64,000 nt of DNA from an uncultured Actinomycetes bacterium (GCA_963718375.1 CAVQZD010000005.1:186614-250613), one strand, 5' to 3'; counted from the stretch's first letter, positions 29,050 through 38,253 are shown. Numbers and translations: made by a program. Notes: generated by a model not told the origin, from the letters alone.

Positions 29050-30192
29050 GTGTCCCGCAAGAAGCGAAACGATCGACCATCTTGGGAATCTGGCAGCAGC
29101 GACGCACAGGGTTCGCCGACGACCACAGGCCAGAGGCCCAAACGCGGATGGACGCGCACGACCGGCCTTGTAGTGCTGGGTTTCGCCGCCTTTCTCGTGA
29201 TTGTGATCGTGGGTCTAAGTTTTGCCATCAGATGGTATGACTCCCACTCGACGGATACCACGGTGGCCACAGGGGAAGGTGCGTCAGGGACGCTCGACGT
29301 CACGGCTGGCATGACGGCCTCGCAGATAGGTACTCTGCTGGAGGAGCAGGGGATCATCGCTGACTCCGCCGACTTCCTGGACTTGGTCACCGAGCGTGGT
29401 AGTGAGAACAAGCTTCAGCCCGGCGTGTACCAAGTCAGCGAGGGCATGAGGCTGATAGACATAGTGGACATGCTCGAACAGGGTCTGTCTTCGGCTCGCT
29501 ACAAGGTGACGATACCGGAGGGCTGGGCCATATCTCAGATCAAGGCCGACCTTGATAAGGACGGCAAGATCTCGGGCTCAGAATATGAACAGATGACCAC
29601 CAAGATCGCGGATTTTGAGATGCCATACCTCGCGGGACAGCAGGTGACGGATGTCACCACCATGGAGGGTCTTCTTTTCCCAAGCACGTACTTCGTGTCA
29701 GAGGGCCAGTCGGCGAGTGAGCTGATCAAGCAGCAGTTGCTGGCCTTCACGAACAAGACCTCTCCGTTGCCTTGGAGCAATACGGCCGATCTGGGCGTTT
29801 CCCCATATCAGATAGTCACAATCGCTTCGATCATAGAGAAGGAATGCAGGGTGCCGGAGGAGCGGGCCATGGTGGCTCGTGTGATCTACAACCGTCTGGC
29901 GCAGGACATGCCACTGCAGATAGACGCCACTGTGCGGTATGCGGTCGGCAAATGGACGGGGGATATTACCCAGGCCGATCTGTCTGCGGACTCCCCGTAT
30001 AACACCTATGTGTACAAGGGCCTTCCGCCAGCTCCTGTGTCAAACCCGGGGGAGGCGGCACTGCGCGCGGCGCTCGAGCCGGCCGATGGCGATTGGCTCT
30101 ACTACGTTCTCAAGGACACCGAAGGAAACCACTTTTTTACAGCCTCCTACGAGGAATTCCTACAGGCGAAGGAGAATCAACCTAGTCAGTAG
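29050..30192 (+). CDS. mltG: Endolytic murein transglycosylase MltG (YceG family)
   Basis: N-terminal TM anchor (LVVLGFAAFLVIVIVGLSFAI) and the YceG domain (LLFPSTYFV, VTIASIIEKE, PLQIDATVRY, YNTYVYKGLPPAPVSNPG). Confidence 0.88.
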   Translation: MSRKKRNDRPSWESGSSDAQGSPTTTGQRPKRGWTRTTGLVVLGFAAFLVIVIVGLSFAIRWYDSHSTDTTVATGEGASGTLDVTAGMTASQIGTLLEEQGIIADSADFLDLVTERGSENKLQPGVYQVSEGMRLIDIVDMLEQGLSSARYKVTIPEGWAISQIKADLDKDGKISGSEYEQMTTKIADFEMPYLAGQQVTDVTTMEGLLFPSTYFVSEGQSASELIKQQLLAFTNKTSPLPWSNTADLGVSPYQIVTIASIIEKECRVPEERAMVARVIYNRLAQDMPLQIDATVRYAVGKWTGDITQADLSADSPYNTYVYKGLPPAPVSNPGEAALRAALEPADGDWLYYVLKDTEGNHFFTASYEEFLQAKENQPSQ

Positions 30193-30306
30193 GATTTCGA
30201 TTCTACCGGCCAGAGGACACCAATCTCATCCCTACGGTGTCTTCTCGGTCACCATGGCTATGCGCTAGGGTCATGAGGTCGCTGTCGCGGGAGTGAGTAT
30301 GGAGGT

Positions 30307-31170
30307 ATGTGGTTGCCCAATCGAAGAAATGCCGACGCTGCTGTTCAGGTCGTCTGGCTCTTCGGACATCCGATCGGTCACTCACTGTCGCCTACGATGC
30401 AGAACGCGGCCTTCCTGCATGCGGGATTGGCGCTCCGGTATGTCGCGCGGGACGTTGGGCCTGGGGTACTGGCGGAAGCGATAGAGGCCTTGCATTCTCA
30501 GTGCGCCAAGGGCGCCAACGTGACTGTGCCTCACAAACAGGCTGTTCTGTCGATGTTGGATGAGATTGAACAGCAAGCGGCGACAATCGGGGCGGTAAAC
30601 ACTATCGTTCATGAGAACGGACGGCTGAAAGGCCACAATACGGACGTAGGTGGATTTCGGAGGTCGCTTGAAACCGTGCTGCCCGGGGGTGCGAACGGTC
30701 GAAAGATCCTGGTGCTGGGGGCAGGGGGAGCTGCTCGTGCGGTTCTGGCCGCACTGCAGCAGGACGAAGCATCTTTGATACTGGTCGCCAACAGGACCAT
30801 GGAACATGCGCAGGGGCTTTGTCAAGTCGCTGGCGGGTGGGGCCCGGCCAAATGTGCTGCGCTGGGCCTCGACGAGGTGGAGACGGCGGTCGCAGACTGC
30901 ACGGTGATAGTGAACGCCACGTCGCTGGGAATGGTAGGGTCGGTCAAGGAGTTGCCCATCGATGTCGATATTCTGAAGAGCGGCCAGGTGCTGGTGGACC
31001 TTGTCTACGGTGCCGACGATACAGCGCTCGTCAAGGCGGCGCGGGGGGTAGGCTTGGTTGCCATTGACGGCAGGGAGATGCTGGTGCAGCAAGCCGCGCT
31101 GTCCTTCAAATTGTGGACGGGCCTCGAAGCGCCCGTCGATGTTATGCGAGGTAGCCTAATTGGCGGTTAA
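30307..31170 (+). CDS. aroE: Shikimate dehydrogenase
   Basis: LFGHPIGHSLSPTMQNAAF...NVTVPHKQAV...GAVNT...GHNTDVGGF...ILVLGAGGAARAV. 287 aa. Confidence 0.9.
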   Translation: MWLPNRRNADAAVQVVWLFGHPIGHSLSPTMQNAAFLHAGLALRYVARDVGPGVLAEAIEALHSQCAKGANVTVPHKQAVLSMLDEIEQQAATIGAVNTIVHENGRLKGHNTDVGGFRRSLETVLPGGANGRKILVLGAGGAARAVLAALQQDEASLILVANRTMEHAQGLCQVAGGWGPAKCAALGLDEVETAVADCTVIVNATSLGMVGSVKELPIDVDILKSGQVLVDLVYGADDTALVKAARGVGLVAIDGREMLVQQAALSFKLWTGLEAPVDVMRGSLIGG

Positions 31171-32914
31171 GGGCGACACTTCAGACGCACCTGTAGCAGG
31201 GCAGGAGAGCCTCCAGAGAAGGCTTTCCGGCAAGCGTACGGGCGAAGTCCTCGTAGAGATGGGCCTGCTGACCTTGGAGCAGGTGGATCAGGCAATCGCT
31301 GAGCAGCGGGTATCGCACCAGCGCATCGGCGATATCGCCCTCGAGAAGGGCTGGGTCACCAAGTCCACCCTGATGGAAGCACTTGGTCTGCGTCTGGGCG
31401 TGAAATACCTTGACTTGGCTTCCACTCGCATCGACCCGATCACTGCTGACCTCATATCAGAGCGCGATGCTCGTCGCTACGCCGCTGTGCCGGTGAGTTT
31501 CGTTGACGACCACACGCTGCTTGTGGCCATGGCCGATCCGTCGAACATAGTGGCGGTCGACGACCTACGCATACTTACAGGGTTCGACATAGAGCCGGCT
31601 ATCGCGACCAACGAAGACATCACGGCGATGCTCGCGAAACTGAGGTCGGCTCAGGACGACATGTCTGAGGGCACCGACCTGACGACGACCACTGACGACG
31701 ACGAGGCCAATGCGGTAGAACTTCGGGACATCAGAGAGCAGGTGGATGCCGCCCCGGTGGTCAAGCTGGTGAATGGTGTCCTCGCAAGGGCGGCGGACGA
31801 GGGAGCGTCTGATATCCACTTCGAGCCACAAGCGAAGGATCTGATGGTCCGCTTTCGACACGACGGGGTGCTGCATGAGATCATGACTATCCCCAGGCGT
31901 CTGCAGCCCGGCGTGCTATCTCGTCTCAAGATCATGGCGGACCTGGACATCGCTGAACGCAGGGTCCCGCAGGACGGCCGCATAGGCCTGGTCGTTGGTG
32001 GTCGACCGATCGACATGCGCGTGGCCTCCTTGCCCACCGTATATGGGGAGAAGATCGTCATTCGCCTGCTGGATCGAGGCAACGTGATGCTGCATCTGGA
32101 GCAGCTTGGGTTTTCTGATGTCGCCTTGAGCCGCTACACCAAGTCTTTCACCAAGCCCTATGGAGCCATATTGGTCACGGGGCCTACCGGTTCGGGCAAA
32201 TCGACGACCCTGTACGGAACGCTCAACATCCTCAATACCGCAGACAAGAACATCATCACGGTCGAGGACCCGGTCGAGTATCGTCTACAGGGCATCAACC
32301 AAGTGCAGATCAACCAGAAAGCAGGCTTGACCTTCGCCTCGGGCCTCCGTTCTATCCTACGTTGCGATCCAGACATCATCATGGTCGGTGAGATCCGCGA
32401 CCGGGAAACCGCGCAGATTGCTGTAGAATCCGCCCTGACTGGCCATTTGGTGCTATCGACCCTGCACACCAACGACGCCCCGGGCGCACTCTCGCGCCTC
32501 ACTGAGATGGGAGTGGAGCCCTTCTTGACGGCTTCTGCGGTCGACTGCGTCATAGCGCAGCGCCTAGTGCGGAAACTCTGCGAATATTGCCGGGAGGCAT
32601 ACCCTGTAACCAAAGAGATGCTCGAGCGACTTGGGTTCCCGCGGGGAGCGGTGGATGACTGGAAGGACACTCAGTTGTACAAGCCGACTGGATGTACTCG
32701 CTGCAACGGCACGGGCTACAAGGGCCGGCTGGGCATCTACGAGATAATGCCCGTCACTGAAGCTCTCGAGAGGCTTATAGTAGAACGCAAGAGCGCCGAT
32801 GAATTGATGAGAGTGGCTGTTGCGGAGGGCATGGTATCGCTGAGGCACGACGGGTTGCAGCGGGTGTTGGAGGGTGTGACCTCGGTCGAGGAGATATCGC
32901 GGGTCATCGTATGA
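31160..32914 (+). CDS. pilB: Type IV pilus assembly ATPase PilB (GspE family) with an N-terminal GSPII_E_N domain
   Basis: GSPII_E_N domain (GLLTLEQVDQAIAEQ..., LDLASTRIDPITADLIS), Walker A ILVTGPTGSGKSTTLY, and a tetracysteine motif CEYC...CTRCNGTG. 584 aa. Confidence 0.9.
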   Translation: MAVKGDTSDAPVAGQESLQRRLSGKRTGEVLVEMGLLTLEQVDQAIAEQRVSHQRIGDIALEKGWVTKSTLMEALGLRLGVKYLDLASTRIDPITADLISERDARRYAAVPVSFVDDHTLLVAMADPSNIVAVDDLRILTGFDIEPAIATNEDITAMLAKLRSAQDDMSEGTDLTTTTDDDEANAVELRDIREQVDAAPVVKLVNGVLARAADEGASDIHFEPQAKDLMVRFRHDGVLHEIMTIPRRLQPGVLSRLKIMADLDIAERRVPQDGRIGLVVGGRPIDMRVASLPTVYGEKIVIRLLDRGNVMLHLEQLGFSDVALSRYTKSFTKPYGAILVTGPTGSGKSTTLYGTLNILNTADKNIITVEDPVEYRLQGINQVQINQKAGLTFASGLRSILRCDPDIIMVGEIRDRETAQIAVESALTGHLVLSTLHTNDAPGALSRLTEMGVEPFLTASAVDCVIAQRLVRKLCEYCREAYPVTKEMLERLGFPRGAVDDWKDTQLYKPTGCTRCNGTGYKGRLGIYEIMPVTEALERLIVERKSADELMRVAVAEGMVSLRHDGLQRVLEGVTSVEEISRVIV

Positions 32915-32956
32915 GCGACTGCCACGGCAGAGTGGGTCGCGGAGAGGCTTACAGAT

Positions 32957-34021
32957 ATGGACATCACTGAGATTCTGAAGCAGGTAGTGGCCGTTGGAGC
33001 GTCCGATTTGCACCTATCGGTCGGTGTGCCGCCCGTTGTGCGCGTCGACGGACACTTGGAGGCCTTGGACTACCCGCCCCTCGAGCCGATCGGCATTCGG
33101 GAGATGGTGTATAGCATCCTCTCGCAGGATCAAAGACAGAAGCTTGAGACAGACTGGGAGCTTGACCTGGCGTATTCGCTATTCGGCGTGGCTCGCTTCC
33201 GTGTGAACGCCTTCTTCCAACGAGGGGCGCTGGCCGCAGCATTCAGGATGGTCCCCATAGAGATCAGATCCATTGATGAGTTGGGACTCCCCAAAGTCCT
33301 TCACTCTTTCTGTCACAAACCACGCGGTTTCGTGTTGGTCACAGGCCCGACGGGGTCCGGCAAGTCGACCACCCTCGCTGCGGTGATCGATGAGATCAAT
33401 CAGACACGCTCCAACCACATAGTCACCATCGAAGACCCCATCGAGTTCTTGCACATGCACAAGCGTTGCGTCGTCAACCAACGGGAGTTAGGCACTGACA
33501 CGAAGTCGTTTCCGGCGGCACTGCGGGCAGCTCTCCGTCAGGATCCCGACGTAGTGCTGATCGGCGAGATGAGGGACATCGAGACCATGCAGATAGCCCT
33601 CACTGCGGCGGAGACGGGCCATCTGGTCTTCGCCACGCTGCACACGCAGGATTGTCCGCAATCTATCGATCGCATCATCGACGTGTTCCCACCGCATCAG
33701 CAGGAGCAGATCCGAGTACAGATCGCCGCGACTCTCGAAGGGATTGTGTCCCAGCAGTTGCTGCCAAAAGTGGGCAGCAAAGGTCGCGTGGCGGCTTGTG
33801 AGGTCCTCATTCCGACGCCGGCCACGCGCAACCTGATACGCGAGGGCAAGACCCATCAGCTCTACACCGTGATGCAGACTGGTAGCCAGCAGGGCATGCA
33901 GACCATGAACGCAGCGTTAGCCGAGCATGTGAAGCGTGGCCGCATATCCAAGGATAACGCGATGCGCAGGACTGTCGCCCCCGAAGAGCTGGAGCGGCTT
34001 CTGCTGGTAGGAGCCGCGTGA
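32957..34021 (+). CDS. pilT: Twitching motility retraction ATPase PilT
   Basis: VAVGASDLHLSVGVPPVVRVDG...FVLVTGPTGSGKSTTLAAVIDEIN...ITIEDPIEF...AALRQDPDVVLIGEMRD. 354 aa. Confidence 0.9.
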   Translation: MDITEILKQVVAVGASDLHLSVGVPPVVRVDGHLEALDYPPLEPIGIREMVYSILSQDQRQKLETDWELDLAYSLFGVARFRVNAFFQRGALAAAFRMVPIEIRSIDELGLPKVLHSFCHKPRGFVLVTGPTGSGKSTTLAAVIDEINQTRSNHIVTIEDPIEFLHMHKRCVVNQRELGTDTKSFPAALRAALRQDPDVVLIGEMRDIETMQIALTAAETGHLVFATLHTQDCPQSIDRIIDVFPPHQQEQIRVQIAATLEGIVSQQLLPKVGSKGRVAACEVLIPTPATRNLIREGKTHQLYTVMQTGSQQGMQTMNAALAEHVKRGRISKDNAMRRTVAPEELERLLLVGAA

Positions 34022-34148
34022 CAGTCGGCGAACACTACTCTTGGTGAAGAATCTGACAAGCCGCTCGTACATGTGGGCATTTGTGCCGATATTGAACACA
34101 GGGACCTATTAGCAGCGGTGTCTGCAGGCTAGGGTAAGAGGAGTCAGC

Positions 34149-35363
34149 GTGGCGACATACGTATACACGGCGCGCAAGGACCGGGGTGGAATGTTGACCG
34201 GCGAGGCGTCGGGTGATTCCAAGCAAGCTGTGGTCGCTGATCTCAAGCGCAAGGGAATGACAGTCCTGAAGCTTGAGGAGAAGCGCGGGGCGCTGAGCAT
34301 CCAGTCGCTTCTGGAGAGCTCAACAAAGATCAAGACACGCGACAAGGCTGTGTTCGCGCGCCAGTTCGCCACTATGATCCAGTCGGGTCTAGCTGTGCTC
34401 CGAGCTCTGTACGTGCTCGAAGAACAAACGCAGAATCCGAGATTCAAGAAGATCATTGCCTCGCTGAGGGGTGATGTCGAGGCCGGTATGTCGCTTTCAG
34501 ACGCTATGGAGCGCTATCCAGTCGCCTTCGACAAGCTATACGTGTCCATGGTGCGAGCAGGCGAAGTGGGTGGTTCGTTGGACCAGTCACTCAACCGTCT
34601 CGCGACACAGCTTGAAAAGGATGACAGCATCCGCCGCACCGTAAAGTCCGCCATGGCCTATCCGGTGATGATAGCGTCGTTCGCCATATTGGTGGGTGTC
34701 GGCATGTTGCTTTTCATCATACCGATCTTCGCGAAGATGTATGACGACCTCGGAGGTCAGCTTCCCCTTCTGACGCGCGTTATGATGGGCCTGAGCAACT
34801 TCATGAAGAGTTACTGGTTCATCATCATCCCGATGCTGATTGGGCTCGTCTGGGGCTTCCGCAAATGGAAGGCCAGCGATCAGGGCCGGCGCACGTGGGA
34901 TCGCATCAAACTGAGGCTTCCTATGAAGCTCGGCCCGGTCGTCCAGAAGATCGCGGTATCTCGCTTTAGCCGTACCATGGCGACGCTTGTGAGTTCTGGT
35001 GTGCCCATACTTCAAGCGATCGACATCACCGGCAAGACTTCGGGCAACTCGGTCATCGAAGATGCCATGGTGGACGTCAAGGAGAGTGTGCGAAGTGGTG
35101 AATCGATTGCCAAACCGCTGAGCCGCGTATCTGTGTTTCCCCCGATGGTGACCCAGATGATCTCCATCGGTGAAGAGACCGGCGCCTTGGACAGCATGCT
35201 CAACAAAGTGGCCGACTTCTATGAGGACGAGGTCGACACCACGATCAAATCGCTGACCTCGATCCTAGAGCCCATCATGATGATCTTCGTCGGCGGCATG
35301 GTAGGTCTGATCGTCATCTCCATGTACTTGCCGATGTTCAGCATGATGAACCTCGTCCAGTAG
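34149..35363 (+). CDS. pilC: Type IV pilus platform protein PilC (GspF family)
   Basis: Two T2SSF repeats (FARQFATMIQSGLAVLRAL... and FSRTMATLVSSGVPILQAI...) with three TM helices. 404 aa; GTG start after GGTAAGAGGAG. Confidence 0.9.
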   Translation: MATYVYTARKDRGGMLTGEASGDSKQAVVADLKRKGMTVLKLEEKRGALSIQSLLESSTKIKTRDKAVFARQFATMIQSGLAVLRALYVLEEQTQNPRFKKIIASLRGDVEAGMSLSDAMERYPVAFDKLYVSMVRAGEVGGSLDQSLNRLATQLEKDDSIRRTVKSAMAYPVMIASFAILVGVGMLLFIIPIFAKMYDDLGGQLPLLTRVMMGLSNFMKSYWFIIIPMLIGLVWGFRKWKASDQGRRTWDRIKLRLPMKLGPVVQKIAVSRFSRTMATLVSSGVPILQAIDITGKTSGNSVIEDAMVDVKESVRSGESIAKPLSRVSVFPPMVTQMISIGEETGALDSMLNKVADFYEDEVDTTIKSLTSILEPIMMIFVGGMVGLIVISMYLPMFSMMNLVQ

Positions 35364-35501
35364 GAAGCCGGCTGGCAGAACTGCAGTTGGCCTATGGAGT
35401 GCGCTCGCGAAACCGCTGAACGCTGGATGGAAACCGCTAGTCTATAGTGGCACACCCAATGCACGATAATGTGCATTATGTCTACTCGATAACAGGGCGG
35501 T

Positions 35502-36020
35502 TCATTCCTCGTACTTCAGCAGACTGAAGACCTCATGACCAGAGAGCTTGTCCCTACCCCCGAGGGCAGTCAATTCAATCAGGAAGGCGAGTCCCGCCAC
35601 GACGCCGCCCGCGTCCTCGACAAGCTTGACGTTCGCGGCTGCTGTGCCACCGGTCGCAAGCAGATCGTCATGGATGAGTACGCGCTGCCCAGGTTTCACC
35701 GCATCTGAGTGGATCTCAAGGGCGTCCGTGCCATACTCGAGGTCGTATTCGCAACGGCTGACCGTCCAAGGCAGTTTGCCGGGCTTACGAGCAGTCGCAA
35801 ACCCAACACCCAGCTTGTAGGCTAGCGCAGCGCCAATAATGAAGCCTCGAGCCTCCGCCCCCATGACCAGGTCGATCTCGCGGCCTTGGGCGAACTCCGC
35901 AAGTCGGTCGACCGAGTAGCGCAGTGCGTCGCCATCTTGCAGAAGCGGCGTGATGTCGTGAAAGAGGATGCCCTCTTTCGGAAAACCTGGAATATGGCGG
36001 ATATACGTGTCGAGTTCCAT
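35502..36020 (-). CDS. apt: Adenine phosphoribosyltransferase
   Basis: PGFPKEGILFHDITPLL...VMGAEARGFIIGAALAY...VLIHDDLLATGGTAAA PRPP-binding motif. 172 aa. Confidence 0.92.
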   Translation of the reverse strand: MELDTYIRHIPGFPKEGILFHDITPLLQDGDALRYSVDRLAEFAQGREIDLVMGAEARGFIIGAALAYKLGVGFATARKPGKLPWTVSRCEYDLEYGTDALEIHSDAVKPGQRVLIHDDLLATGGTAAANVKLVEDAGGVVAGLAFLIELTALGGRDKLSGHEVFSLLKYEE

Positions 36021-36096
36021 CTCTCTCCTTCTGGTAGTCAGCGCGCGCCGTGTCGTAAAGGTCAGCGACTACGTCGCCCAAGTGGCCTTCTGACGC

Positions 36097-36837
36097 TTAT
36101 GAGATGACGCGGCGCAGCTCGCGGCGAAGTAGCAGCCGCGTCAGTTGCGCGAAGAGCATGCCAAGTTCCTCAGCCGTCCGCAGACCGTATTCCTTCCTGT
36201 CGGCGTGGCCAGAGCGGAGGTCGGGAGTCGCTATCTGCTCGATCAGGCCGGCTTCGCGTTCAGCGGCTGAACTCAAAATGCGAAGGTGGCGCGGTTCGAC
36301 TTGGAAGTGGCCGAGCCTCTGACATATGCGGGCGGTCTCCAAGTCACTCTCGGTGAAGGAGGGTCCCGAGTCTGCGGCGCTCTCCACCAGTCTGAACTCC
36401 ACGAGACCGTTCACAAACTCCTCCTCTACCCCAAGCGCCGTGCAGAATTCGTCCAGGGTATAGACAGGCGTTTCCCGTCCAAGAGACATCGTCTGTGTGG
36501 CTGCATAGACTGAAGGGTCAGGACTACCTCCCCCTGCGGAGCCGTAGGCGTCCATCCGCTGGCGGATCACATCGAGTGGTAGGTATTCATCCCTTTGCAT
36601 CGAGAGCACGCTGCGCAGTCTCTTGGCGTCAGCTCTGGAGTACTTCCGATACTTACCCCGGGTACGCTGAGGATCTACAAGCCCTCTGTCCTCAAGGTAC
36701 CGTACTTTGCTTATCGACAGATCGGGAAAGTCTGGCTGCAGTTCTCTCACCAGCTGTCCTATGCTGATCAGCCTGTCCGGGCTATCCTCCGAGCGCCTCT
36801 GGGGGCTTGCAGCCAAACCGGTCGCAGCGTCAGCCAT
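36097..36837 (-). CDS. MerR-family transcriptional regulator with a duplicated MerR-like domain (Rv1828-type)
   Basis: N-terminal HTH ISIGQLVRELQPDFPDLSISKVRYLEDRGLVDPQRT..YRKYS plus a second degenerate MerR-like repeat (YTLDEFCTALGVEEEFVNGLVEFRLV). Sits downstream of the GarA-like and gcvH genes, as in actinobacteria. Confidence 0.75.
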   Translation of the reverse strand: MADAATGLAASPQRRSEDSPDRLISIGQLVRELQPDFPDLSISKVRYLEDRGLVDPQRTRGKYRKYSRADAKRLRSVLSMQRDEYLPLDVIRQRMDAYGSAGGGSPDPSVYAATQTMSLGRETPVYTLDEFCTALGVEEEFVNGLVEFRLVESAADSGPSFTESDLETARICQRLGHFQVEPRHLRILSSAAEREAGLIEQIATPDLRSGHADRKEYGLRTAEELGMLFAQLTRLLLRRELRRVIS

Positions 36838-36846
36838 ACCCCTACC

Positions 36847-37326
36847 TCACTGTGTGATGTTCTGTTGGAGAAAGACCAACTTGAACTTCCCGATCTGTAG
36901 CTCGTCTCCGTCGAACAACTGGTGCCGCTCGATGCGTCTCCGGTTGACGTACGTGCCGTTCAGGCTGCCCTCATCTTCTATCATGTAACCGCTTGCATCC
37001 ACGAGAATGCGAGCGTGTCGCCGTGACACCGTGACGTCATCGAGAAAGAGGTCGCTTTCCGGCGTGCGACCGATGGTCACCACCGGTCCGACGACACCTA
37101 TGAGCTCCCCCTCCCTGTCATTCGGTGACCGGACTTGCAGCACCGTGCCTTGGGCCGGAAGCAAGTCAGCTGGGGTGGGCACGTTGCGCGCGGCGCGGAC
37201 GGAGTATCTCTCAGTGGTCTCATCAGGAGATCTGTGCGTTTCGAGATGGCAACCGCACCGTCTGCAGTATGCAGAATCAGCGGTGTTTTCGACGCCGCAC
37301 TCTTGGCACTTGACCATAGCCCCCAC
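36847..37326 (-). CDS. GarA/OdhI-like FHA-domain protein with an N-terminal C4 zinc ribbon
   Basis: The C-terminal FHA domain is near-identical in motif to GarA (TIGRTPESDLFLDDVTVSRRHARI...GSLNGTYVNRRRI...DELQIGKFKLVFL). N-terminal CQECG..x12..CRRCGC zinc ribbon; an ETTERYS stretch resembles GarA's phospho-acceptor ETTS motif. Confidence 0.8.
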   Translation of the reverse strand: MGAMVKCQECGVENTADSAYCRRCGCHLETHRSPDETTERYSVRAARNVPTPADLLPAQGTVLQVRSPNDREGELIGVVGPVVTIGRTPESDLFLDDVTVSRRHARILVDASGYMIEDEGSLNGTYVNRRRIERHQLFDGDELQIGKFKLVFLQQNITQ

Positions 37327-37343
37327 CCCGATGCTGATCAGTA

Positions 37344-37628
37344 CTATTCCTCTGGCGTGCCTGCGTTACACCCCTTGGTCGCCAATATGTCTGCTAGGCC
37401 TGCCACATCCCCGTCCACCACTAAGCTCTTGGGCGCGGCGCTGCTGTCGCGAAGCCTTCTCACCAACTCAGCCCTCACGATGTCCAACTCGCCCTGCAGT
37501 AGACGACGCTGTTTGGATACCGCTGCTTCTTGGTCAGCAAGCGATCTAGCGAGGTCCTTCAGTTCGTCATCCGAGTAAGCCTGGATGTTGACTAGACGTT
37601 CGAAAGAAGACTCGTCCACAGCGTTCAC
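37344..37628 (-). CDS. Small conserved hypothetical coiled-coil protein (94 aa)
   Basis: Codon usage consistent with its neighbours. GTG start at 37628 lies about 6 nt downstream of a TATAGT box, suggesting a leaderless mRNA. Charged helical sequence (LADQEAAVSKQRRLLQGELDIVRAELVRRL). Confidence 0.4.
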   Translation of the reverse strand: MNAVDESSFERLVNIQAYSDDELKDLARSLADQEAAVSKQRRLLQGELDIVRAELVRRLRDSSAAPKSLVVDGDVAGLADILATKGCNAGTPEE

Positions 37629-37633
37629 ACTTT

Positions 37634-37662
37634 CACTATAGCCGTTAGCAACGAAACCTTCA
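37634..37662 (-). promoter_or_regulatory. Sigma-70-like promoter (TTGAAG-17 nt-TATAGT) for the small ORF, probably leaderless. The palindrome ACTAGTCTAGAC lies just upstream.
   Basis: On the minus strand: ttgaag gtttcgttgctaacggc tatagt, then gtg start 6-7 nt later. Local GC is well below the window average. Confidence 0.35.
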
Positions 37663-37730
37663 ACTTGAGGTCTAGACTAGTATCCCCCCAATTGCGACGC
37701 TTCACACACCGGGCATCGGCTCGCGGTGCG

Positions 37731-38114
37731 TCAGTCTTCAGCTGCCAGGATCGCGTCGTATTCCTCTACGCTCAAGAGCTCGTCGGCCTCGCTTGAATCT
37801 CTCATCTTGATCTTGATGAGCCAGCCATCTTCGTACGGGCTCTGGTTGAGGGTCTCGGGCGCGTCAATGATGTCCTCGTTGATCTCTATGACGGAACCAC
37901 TCATGGGTGCGTACACGTCAGACACGGCCTTCACCGACTCCACCTCTGCGTATGGCGTCCCAACTGTGACGTCCGCGCCTACCTCTGGGAGTTCGATGAA
38001 GACGATATCACCGAGGGTCTTCTGGGCATAGTCGGTGATGCCGAACACGGCGTTATCACCGTCTAGGCGTACCCAGTCGTGCTCCCTGTGGTACTTGAGG
38101 TTCTTAGGGTTCAC
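37731..38114 (-). CDS. gcvH: Glycine cleavage system H protein
   Basis: YHREHDWVRLDGDNAVFGITDYAQKTLGDIVFIELPEVG...AEVESVKAVSDVYAPMSGSV with the lipoyl-lysine motif. 127 aa; GTG start with AAGGAG RBS. Confidence 0.93.
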   Translation of the reverse strand: MNPKNLKYHREHDWVRLDGDNAVFGITDYAQKTLGDIVFIELPEVGADVTVGTPYAEVESVKAVSDVYAPMSGSVIEINEDIIDAPETLNQSPYEDGWLIKIKMRDSSEADELLSVEEYDAILAAED

Positions 38115-38253
38115 CTGCGCTCCTTTCTTGCCATACCCGGCTGCGCGTCATGATAGCACAGCAGTATTCACAGCCACGGTCGCTAAAGTCCGCGCCTTCG
38201 GTCCCCGACTTGTATACTGTTGGTGGCAACGACGAAAGCTGAAGGAGGGCACA

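Noticed and set aside
38146-38253. Possible glycine riboswitch upstream of gcvH (minus strand), suggested by a GGGGACCGAAGGCGCGGAC segment resembling the conserved ACCGAAGGGGCAA core
   Set aside because: Only one short partial match. There is no second aptamer, no P1/P3 helices identifiable by eye, and the region is only about 100 nt before the divergent mglB promoter. The actinobacterial gcvH/garA cluster is not known to be glycine-riboswitch controlled. It would need an Rfam or Infernal scan to revisit.
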